From positions 32,001 through 96,000 of IMG/VR virus record IMGVR_UViG_3300020468_000003: a stretch of DNA of 64,000 bases; one strand, 5' to 3'. Positions 1 to 12,000 of the stretch are shown piece after piece. The notes beneath the pieces were generated by a model. That model did not search any database, was not told the origin of the DNA, and saw only the letters and a list, made by a program, of their open reading frames with translations. A program made the translations under genes and the position numbers. The stretch's first letter is position 1. Every line of letters starts with the position of its first letter. This DNA comes from a virus.

Positions 1-3000
1 AACTCTAAAAATGTTATCAACAAATTCAGTTCCCACTCCGATAATATCATTATCATGAGTGTAAATTGAGGTAACACCACTTCCAACTGTACTATCAGTA
101 ACAACGATATGATAACCGACTTGTAAATCAGTAGTATTGTTAGTAAAGAACTTGATTGCTAAATCAGTTCCAATACCAGCAACTGTTGAAATACCAGTTA
201 TGATACCTGTATTACCTTGAACAGATTGAATGTTTGTTACTACCTCATTTATTAATCTTGGTTGAGGTATGATAATTTGTGGGGGTACAGGTGTATTAAG
301 TGAATTAGTATATCCAAGACCTACATTAGTAACACTTATTGATGCGACTGCTCCATTTGTGATAGTCGCAGTTCCTGTTGCTGTTGTACCAATACCAACT
401 CCAATGAATTTAGGAGAAGAGAATTTAACATCAACAGTTGCTGTTGTATAACCAAAACCTGTATTGGTTATAGTTGTCGCAGTAACCTTTCCACTTGAAT
501 CCACTGTTGCGGTTGCAGCAGCAGAAACAGTATTAATCTCATCCAATACAACAGCATCAACATATGCGGTTACTACACTAGACTCATTTTCTTCATAATT
601 AAAGAATTGTCCATTATCAAGAAGTATATCAGTATCTCCAACATTAACATCTCTGATAATTCTTGAAGTTGGGAATACCATTCCCTCAATAGAATCTCTT
701 GCTTTAGAAATTTTCTCTCCATTTATAAAGATATCTCTTTTTTGTTTAGTCCAATTAACACTTCTATCATTAAATTCATCAATACCTGCATCAGCATAAG
801 CATTAGTTTCTATTCTATCTGATGATGCTATATCATAAACTATTCTACCTTCTGATTGATTTACAGAAGTTTGAATACCAGATGCTTTTCTAACTGATAG
901 AGTATCTCCAACTTTAACACTTTCAGCAATATCTGTTTCTACACTATCAATTGATCTTGTTCCATTATAGAAGAATATAGAAACTTTATCTTCTTTCTTC
1001 GGTGCTTCAAGGAATTGTATTGAAGATCCACCATCAAAGAGATATGCTTTTGTTGGTTCTTGTAGAACCCCATTAATAAACACTACTAATGTAGCATCAA
1101 TATCAATTAATTTTGAATCATTATCATTAGTGTCTATTTGGAAACTAACTAATTCAGCATTGTAGAAGAGTGGGAATACTGTTCTAACATCATCTTGAAG
1201 ATTATCAATAGGATCAATGAAATCTAACTGTCCAAATTGCCAAGAAGCAAATCTATCAGAGAATACCTCTACAACTTCTAATTCAAATGGTTTTAATGGT
1301 TTCTTCAATCCTTTTGCTGTTACCAATCCAACAGGTGCAAACACATCTCCAAGTTGGAATGCATATCCCGCACCTTTGATTGAGAAATCAGAAACTTCAA
1401 AGAACTTAGCAGGAGCAAATGATTTCTTAGATGTTACTGTACCAAAACCAATAGAACTAGTAACAATACCAATGAATGAATTTATAGATGATCTTACATT
1501 TGCACAACCATTAGCATCTGTATTGTATCCAACAGCAGGATCTGCTGTAATTGTTAGATCAAAGACTTGATCTCTTGTTGTATAATCAGACTTAGCAATT
1601 GCTACGTTGTTAATAACTTTATTTGCTAGATCTCTTGCAGCATGGAATACGTAAATTGATTCCTGCTCTTCTCCTGCAACGTGTGCTCCAGTAATATAAA
1701 GATTAGCAGCATCCCATATTTCATCATTACCACCAAATCTTAAGTTAAATGCAACTGCTTCAAGAACATCAACAACATCATCCTTACAATTTTGACTTCC
1801 ACCAGGAACACTAAATGATGGATATACATCTAACATCTCTCCAACAGAAATATCAGCAATAATTAATTTATTCGCTTCTATTAAATCAGCAGCATCTGCA
1901 AATCTATTTGCAAATATTGGACTAGAATTAGCACCTAATTTGAGATTAATTAATTCGTTTATTCCAGTTACAGTTGTTGCTCCAATACCTCTTCTACTTA
2001 CACCTGTAATATCTAAGTCAGTATATGTTGGTTCATCAACTAATACATCTGGGTTTGTGTATCCGCTACCACCATCTACGATAGTAAATTCAACTTGTCC
2101 ACCTGTTCCATTTACTGATGTTCCTGCGTTAACTGTAATTGTTTCAGTTGTTGTTGCACCTATACCCAGAACTGCTCTGTGTATTGGGTCTGTTGCTCTT
2201 GGATATGAATGATCAGTTGCAAAATTGTCTTGAGCACATCTGAATGTCAAACTTCTTGTATGAATTCCAATTGAACCATTCGGACCATCAGTTCTAATAT
2301 TACCAGGTTGTGAACCTACAAATGTATGTGTAGATGTGTCTGATGATGTACCTACAACCACAGTAAATGTATCTGCATCAACTTTAGTGATTGCTAACCA
2401 TCTACCACTAGCAGGATCATCTTCTCTTGGGTAATAATGTTCAGATATATTATTATCTTTTGCACATGTAAATGTAAATGAGTTATCTGCAAGTTGAACT
2501 CTTTCTCCAGTTACCATACCATGAGCAGTGCTTGTATTTACTGTTAATACTCCTGTAGAGGGGTTATAAGACGCACTACTGGTTGTTAATATACCAGCAG
2601 CTGTAAATCCATGTCCTGCACCAAGATTCAATACAAGATCACCTGTAGACGGTTCGTAAGATGCTGTGGATATCGATACACTAGAATTTACACTTGCACC
2701 AACATTAATAGTAAATGCAGTTGATGAAGTTACAGTAACTGCAGTTGTTACTCCTGCAATTGGGTCATGAGGACGAGGATAAGCATGAACAGTAGCAAAA
2801 TGATCTCTTGCACATTTAAAGTTAATACTTCCTTCATCAAGAGTAATAGTATCGCTAGTGCTCATTCCATGTGCAGAACTAAATGATAATGTTAATACCC
2901 CAGATATTGCATCATAAGACGCACCGTTAGGTGTTTTCTGATTACCTACCTCTGAACCACTTTGAACGTTTACAGCACCTGTGGACGCAGAATCAAACGT

Positions 3001-6000
3001 ATGTAAGTAATTTCCACCATAATAAATGTTATTTGCTGTACTATACCAGAACTTATGTTTGTTAGTCTTAACTTCTGCTGTTATGTTTGCAGTATTCCCT
3101 ACATGTCCAGGTTCATATACACTAACACCAATTGCTACTCTTCCATTATAACCAGATCCAAATGCTCTAGCAGTTGAATTATAGTATGGATAGACAGTTC
3201 CAAATCCAACATAAGTTTGATCAAATGTGCTAATTCCAATTTTTACTTTAATATTTGTGGAATCAACAATTTCAGTTATTCGGAATATATTACCTAAAGT
3301 TGAATTACCATATGTTGTAATTCCTAATGCACTAGTAAATCTCGCACCCTCAAGATAAACATCTTGGTTTTGTGCATTTAAATTATGAGCAGTTCCTGTA
3401 GTTAGATCTAATATTCCAGTATTAAAATCATAAGAAGCAGTGCTTATTGATTTGCCAGGTGTAGTAAAGGTTGGAATACCAATTATTCCTGATATTGAAC
3501 CACCTGCACCGATAACAGGTAGAACATCAGCACCTAATAGAGGAGCAAATCCTAAACCAGTTGTAGATCCAAGAGATATTATTAATCCACCTTTAGGGAA
3601 AGCATTTTGATTAGGATCTTGCAGTGAAACTACAGGAGTTCCATCAGTAGATGTTATACCTGTAAATGTAATTTGAGAATCTGAACCAGATTGTTTGTAG
3701 AAGAAATTATTTCCTGCATTATTATCTGTTGTTGGAGTTTGGAATATTCCATTTATTAATACTAACCCACTTCCAGTCTCTATACCAGTTGTACTAACTC
3801 CTGATTGTCTAACTGTAAATGTTTGAGCAATACCTGTAAATTCATTAGAAACATCATCATATATTAAATTATTTGTATAATCCTTTCTCAAGAATACTCT
3901 TCCATTAAATTCAGAGAATCCTTTAGGGAGATTACTTTCATTAATAGTTACTAAACCACTTCCTTTTGGTGGATCAGTAAAGAATATATTTTGTCCAGCA
4001 AAGTTATATGAACCTCTATAAATTCTTGCTGCGGTTCCATCAGTGTGTAGTGTTGCTGCAGTACCAACATAACCTCTTATAACTTCAACTAGTTTTACAT
4101 CGCCATCACTTATTGGTCCTACTGATGTTGTTCCTAGACCAACACCACCAACTTTCATAAATTCGTTATCAATTTTTAATATATCTCCATTACCTATGGA
4201 AGTAATACCAGTCATTGAGAACACTGTTGATGCTGTTCCTATTTGTCCACCATTTGCTTCTAAATCATAAACTATTGGTGTATATGAAAGTGGAGATTGA
4301 ATTACATCATCAATAGAAATTATTGCTTTCTCTAACTTCTTAACCATTTCAAAGGAATGTTTATTACCACTTCCTTCATCTGTAAATGTTACTGCAATTC
4401 CTGCAGCTGCATATTCAGGTCTTGTAGCAATTTTAAACTTTTCGTTATTAGTTCTAATTGCATAAACTTGATATGGAAGTTTGTTAGTTACAATACCAAT
4501 AGAATCAGCAGTTACTCCAATACCAATAGAGGTTGATGTAAGTCCTGCTACTGATGATCCTGCTCTGTAAATTAATTCTTCTCCAGTTTCAAAGAAATGG
4601 TTTGTTATTGAAAATTCACCAGTTACCTTGTTTAAAACTGTAGTCTCTGATGGATTCCAGAATTTTTGGAATATAGGTGTATCCTGATAATCCATTCTGA
4701 AGGATGTTTTATTAATTCTTGAACTATTAGTTGCATCAAATAAACCAATACCAAACTCTTGTGTTTTGATAGAACCATAATTAATATTTTGATATAGATT
4801 TTCTATTTCTACTTCTTGATATAATACTTCATTAAATGATTTAATAGTAACAATTCCAGTTACAGAGGAATCAGGGTAGAATTTAACTGCAACATTTGAA
4901 CCATCAATAGCAGCACCAAATGTTCCTATTCCAGTTGTACTTCCGATTGATAAGAAAGGATATTGAGTAGAATAAGTATCTGTACTATCAGGACTTAATG
5001 TTAATATTTGATGTAATGCATAGGTTGCACCATAACTTACACTAACTAAAGATTTAATAGAGTTAGTTAATGTTGCATCTGCACTAAAGATTGTAGTTTC
5101 TCCAGTACCAACTGTAGAATTACCTGAGAAATATGCACTTCTTTCGTTACCATCTGCTTGAGAAGTTCCTATCTTAAATCTTAGAGCACCATCAGCATTA
5201 GATGTAGAACCAAATCCAACAGCATTCGCTCTAACAGTTACTGGAACAGTAAGTGGGTTTGTATATGATAATGTTAATTTTCCATTTGCTACAGATGCAA
5301 CAAAGTTTGAGAAATCATTCCCATTAAAACCTTGAGCTGAATCTGAATCAACATAGTAATCACTTACATAAGTGTCAGTTCCGTCATGATGAACATATAA
5401 TTCAGTATAGTTCTGAGTATACAAATCATTTGCATTTAAATGTAAATGAACGTGCATAGCATCAAAGTTATCAGAATCATATTCAAGTATAGTATTAGTA
5501 GAACCAACTCCTACAATAGCATTTGTAGACTGGTTCTTTATTAAACCAATAGATGTGGATGCTAGTCCAACTACGTTGCCATTAAATGTATCTTTAATAA
5601 ATTTAACATCATAATCAATATTGAATACATCATTAGGTGTAAATCTTAGAGATAAAGTGTCAAACTCATCAACATTACCTTCTAATGTGGCAAATTCAAG
5701 TTCTGTCCAATTATATTCGTTTGTTGTTGTATTTGCTATACCTGTAGATGATAGATATCCTTTCCTTAAAGTAAATGCAGATTCAAATTGTGGATCATGA
5801 AGTACAATCATTTCATAAATTGCATTTTGTAAGTTATTGGTACTTCTAATTTGAACCAAATATCTTGCAAAGTCTTTTCCAGATTCATCTAAATCTATAA
5901 ATGTATCATTTACATTTTCTTTGTTTGTAAATTGCTTGCTTACATCATCAATTACAAGAACTCTATTTGTTTTACAAATAATACTATCAACAAAACTCTT

Positions 6001-9000
6001 AAATCTAAACTCAAGGAACTTGGAAGTATTTCTACCTTCTATTAGTTGATTATCAGCATCTCTAGCTTGAGCAAACCCATAAATTGTATCAACTCTAGAT
6101 TCATCTATTAGATCTGTGAATATTAAGGATTTTACAGTTGTTACTCCTATACCAACTGAAGTATTGGTTGATAATCCAACATCAACAAAGTTCTTTAAAC
6201 CAGTCGTATGGACTAAACGATTAATTACATCTATTGAATCTTTATACTGAATAGGACTCTTAACTGAGTATGATAAATTTTGATAATAATCATTGTCAGG
6301 AAGGACTTGAATATCATTATTAAGTTCTCCTGTATTTTTCTTCCATCCTCTATTTGCTCTTACAGAGAAATCAATATCAAATTTAGCATCACTCTTGATA
6401 ATTGCTTCTATAGTTCCACTTGAACCAGATTGTACTCCTCTAAGGGAATCTCCAGATTTTACTTCAAATTTTCCAGATGTTTTAATATAATCTGGTAAAA
6501 CTGTAGTTACATTTAAGTCTGTTGATTCTCCGTTAACAAATAATTGCTCACCTGATACAAATTTACTCTTACCTTGAGTAACTTTGAATACAGGATAATT
6601 AGATCTCTTAACTATAGTTGCAAATGATCCCTGAGTCGTATCTGCTAAACCTGGATTAGTAGTTAAACCTGCAACACTAAATTTAAGTTTTGCTGGTATT
6701 AAATTTTCATAAGATATTACATCAAAGAATCTGAATCCATAATCTTCAGAGTTAAATCCACTACCACCTATTCCATTTTTAGTAATTCCTTCTACAAATA
6801 TTTGTTCTCCGACAGTAAAGATAGAAGTACTGAATCCAAGTAGAGGTGTAGTTAAGAAACAAGTAACTATACCACTACTTGAAGTTTGCATAGTGGATAT
6901 TCCAACACCATTACTATTATTAATAGTGAATAAATTCTTACTATTAAAATTAAGTCCAGATGGTTGTTCAAATATATTAATAGAAGAAACTGAACTAGAC
7001 TGAACCTCAGTAGTTAATATACCATCATCAATTTTTTCTCCTGTAATTGAATCTACGATTGCAATATCAGGTGCTGTTGTGTAATTATTTCCACCATCGA
7101 CTATTTGTACATCTGTTATTGTTAAATTAGATTTTAACTCAAGTGTAGATGGTATATTTGCTTCAGGTCTAAGAGATTTATCTGTATTATACTCAAATGC
7201 TTGATCAATAACTCTTATTTCTTTTATCTTACCTACTGTTGGAGATTGAGCAAATAATACAGCATCAGAACCATTTAAAGTTGTAATACTTGAAATACCA
7301 GGCAATTGCTTGTAATCATTACCTTCTGATACCATTTTAAGTTTAGAAATAGGTCCTAAAGCATTCTTAGAATCAGTACTATACTTCATAGTAGTAGTAT
7401 TGTCTGGTGTGTAAAGATTTAATTCAGGATCTTTAAGTAAGGATATCACAAATGAAGTGGAAGCTACACCAACAACAGAGTATGTTCCATCATACTTACT
7501 ATTATCAAATGTAATTTGGTTAAAATTAACAACTGTTGAATCTGCTGTGGATATAAATCCACCTTTTTCTACATTATAGAATAATGGTTGTGTAGGATCT
7601 GGTACAACATCAATTAGAGCATCTGTATATGTTAATGTAAACGAAGCAGTAGATGTTACACCAACAGTTCCAACACCTGAAGTTGAGAAAGTTGTTGTAT
7701 TTGCAACAGATACAAATTGATTTTCAAATGTTTGATCGGTATATAAATTAAACTTAAATCCTTGTAATGTGGAATCTGATAAATCAAATACAACATTATT
7801 ACCTTTAGTTGGGAATAATCTTGGGTTGATTGCTGATAACTCTTGTTCTGCTCCACCTGTAGATCCTATGGATACAATCTTAGGAGGTGATGCAATAGAA
7901 TCTTCATATGTAAGAGCAAGTTTGAATCTATTCTTATCAATCTTGTAAACATAAAATAAACCAGGTTCTAATCCAGTTGCAACTTCATCTTGAGCATTAT
8001 AATATATTTTTTCCCCTGTTACAAATGGATGATTATTAAGTGTTACTATATTATCTAAAGTATCAATGGCAGTTGAAGTAAATCCAATAGGATCAATAAC
8101 TAATTTCTCTATATCAAAGTTATACTTAACTCTTACTTTTGTTGATGTTCCAATTCCAACAGATCTATTTGGTACAACACTTAATGAAATTTGATCATCT
8201 GGTTGTAAGTTATGTGCAGTTGATACAGAAATTACCGCATCATTTTTTTGAACTACGCATATAATTTTATTCTTAGTGGGTTCTAAAGAATATTCATAAT
8301 TATCTGAACCATTACTAAAGAAGAATAAACCATTTGTAGATGTTGTTAAACCAGATTGAGTTACAATACCAATAAAGTCTGATGATTTATTAATAACAAA
8401 AAGATTCTGATCAGTATCCCCAATATCAAATGTTGCAGAAGATTCAGTATTTGCTACAGAAATAGAACTACCACCAGCATTTTTTCTTAAAATTACTCTT
8501 TCTCCACTACGGAAAGGATGGTTAGGTAAGTAGATACTTTGATTAGCAATTGATATATCATAGTTTCTATCTCCTAAAGGATATTCTATTGTACTTTCAA
8601 TACCTGCAGTAGATCCAACACCAACAGATTCAGTAGGATTAAAGAATACTTTTTCATTTAATGATGAATCAAAGAAAGAAGATTCTATTGGAATTTCAAA
8701 TGTATTAGGATAAACAAATCCTCTAGTAGTAGTTGTATGTGCTGTGCCTGTAACACCTCTCTTTGCTCTAATTATTCCTCTTTCATTGAATATATTCAAT
8801 ACTGATAATACTTCAGTTCCAATACCGATTGTAGATCCAATTGATAATGAATTAGGTATACTAGAAACATAAATGTCTGTCATAATACCAGAAGAACCAT
8901 TAGCAGGTATATCCTGATATATGTTAAAGTTTTCTGTAGATATTGCAACTCTTCTCAATCCTGCAATCTGATCTACAAATGTTGATAAACCACTTATAGA

Positions 9001-12000
9001 AATTACATCATTAGTATTGAAAGTGTGGAAAGGATCAACTTTAACGGTTATCTTATTGTTGCTCCATTGTAAAGTACAATTTGTAAATTCTGAAACAGAA
9101 GATGCTATAGAAGTTACTGTTGCACCTTCTACTTTAGAAATGATTGCACTTGCACCACCACCATTAGTCCCTTCATTATCAAAATTAATTACATCGTCTA
9201 CTTTATAGTTAATTCCAGCATTTCTAATATCCACACCTGTAATAGATCCTTTAGTAGTAGATTCGATTTCTGATTCTTGACTAAAGAAACTTTGAGATTC
9301 AATAATAAAATCATTTCTAGATCCAGTTATACCTAACTGATGTGGGAAAGTATTTCTAACTAACTCTGATGAATTTAAATCAAAACTTTGATCTTTATCA
9401 TCTAATTGATTTAATGATCTAAATCTCTTACCTACAAAGTAAGGGAATTTTGGAGTAAATAAACCATCAGTTGATATACCTGCAAAATATGCATAAGTTC
9501 CATTTGGATATTCTGGAGTTTTACAGAATCTTGTATTATGAATATCTAAATCTCCAGTAGCATCATATCTGTAATCTTCAATGAAGAATCCATTTGCAAA
9601 TCCGCTTGGACGATCTACAATAATAGATGGATCTAATTTATAACCTACTTGTAATGGTCTTACACCCGATGTAGGATCAAGAGGATCGCTATAACCAAAA
9701 GGGCCGTAGATTGGATGTCCATCATAAGCATATCCAATGATTGGAGAGTGTGTTGTTCCTGTATCATTAAATTCTCCAGATGCTATTTCATTTGAATAAG
9801 ATAGATTAACATATTCCAATCCTTTCTTAAGAGTAGGATACAAATATTCAGATCCATGTCTTTGAGCATCATTTATAATTAGAGATCTAACACTACTGGA
9901 TAATATTGCATTTTTACCTGCTGATGTAACACTAATACTAGTTTTTGCTTGTGTATAATTTGTTCCTTCAGATATAACAACTACTTCTATAAGTTGACCA
10001 TCTCTTATAATAGGACGAACTACTGCACCACTACCATCTCCAACTACTATTGCTTCAGGAACAGAGAAATATTCAGATCCTCTAGATCTAACATCAACTC
10101 TAATAAGTTTACCACCAACTACAACAGGATATAATGATGCACCTTTACCATTTTTAATACTAACACTAGGAGATCTCTCAAAGTTTAATGTTGTGCTTCC
10201 ATATCCAGTTCCAGTTTCATAAAGATAAGCATCTATAATATTACCTCTAACATAAGGTGTTGCTGTGATAACCCCTGTACCTGCTGCACCGAACGAAACG
10301 TTAATGTTTAACTTTATGTCTGGATACTTGAATTGGTGGAACCCAGACCCAACAGAGTCTAATTTAATGTATAACTTACTATCATAATTATCTCTAATAG
10401 TTCCAGCAACACCTGCATCAGCAACTCTAAACTGATCTTTACTTTTCTCAAAGATATAATATTGATTAGTAGTAACTAATCCAGATATAACAGTTCCTGA
10501 ATTTTGATATTCTACTAAATCACCTTCTTGGAATCCATGATTTTTAAAATTAACAAGATGATCTATAGTAGATATGCCAACTGGTTTAACACTTAGCTCT
10601 CTATTTTGATAATTAGAACCTCCTTCTATAACTCTAATTGATTTTAAAGTCTTCTTACCATTAAAAGTCCTAAATCTATGAATACCAGAATTAGAAGTAG
10701 TAGTAAACCCAACAGTATTAATACCAGTTTTGAAATCAGTTTCGGAGAAATATAATCTAATTGTTTTTGAGTTTACAAATTCTGCGATATATTTTGTATT
10801 CTCTATTAAAAATCTATTCTGATCTGCATTAGAAGCAGCAAATGTTCCTATCCCTAATGCAGGATTACCATTTGTTCGGTATACAACTTCTTCTCCATCT
10901 GCAAAATTATGTTCTCCTAAAAATGTAATAGTTTCTGCAGTCTCTCCTATACCACCACCAAATGTTAATAATCTAGCATCAAAACTAGCACTTAAGAATG
11001 ATTGCTCAACAACTGGTTCTAAAGCAACACCATTACCAGGACCTCCACCAGTTATACTAACAGAAATAACTTTATCTAATTCTTTTGTTTGAGGATCTAC
11101 TAAAATTTTATCAACAGATCCACTAAGAACTGGTCTTACAAGTGCTGTTGTTCCTGATCCAGTATTTGCAACCTCCATAGTTGGTGGATTTATAACATCA
11201 TAACCAGTTCCTGAGTTTACTACGTTTACAGATGTTAAAGGACCTGAATATATTTTATCTTGAGATTTGTAATTCTTAATCTCAACACCATTTATCATCA
11301 TACCCACAGTTTCTGTGGTAGTATCTAATCCATCATTCTCTCTAGGTATTAACGGAAACTTTCTAAGAAGTTTTTGTGGTTCAATTTGTTTTTGATGAAC
11401 AGATCTTAAAGTAAAAGTATGTTTTCCTCCAACTCCTACAATTAAAGGATCAAATTCAAGATTTAAATCTCCTTGGATAAAAGAGTTTGATGAATAAAGT
11501 TTAATTTTATTTTTATCGTTTAATACTCTAACGTAATATGATTTACCTGTATCTAATCCTGTGATTGCTACATTTTCTGGTTCATAAACAACTTCATCGC
11601 CAGTTAAAAATGGAACGTCAGTAGGGAAATTGATAATAGAATATGCCAATTCTCCTGTATCTGCTTGTAGAGCATTAGTTTCCGTGTTTCCTGCACCAAT
11701 AAAGGTTATAGCAGTTCCAACCACTATAGATGGTGTTGAAGGTACAGTGTCTTGTCTAAATGTATAAGATGGAAGAGAGTTAGATGCAACATACAAAAAC
11801 TCTTCACCATAAAATCCAAAATCAAGATCTTCGCTATAAACGTTCTGTACGTCCGCAAATAAGTCTGAATATTGTAGAGGTACAAATTTACTTGTAGTCT
11901 TCTTTGGTACTCTTCTAATCGAATGTGGGATGCTTGCATCAGTGCTAAATCCAGTATAATCTAGTGTTACTTGCTTATCATTAAAATCAATAGCAGTAAC

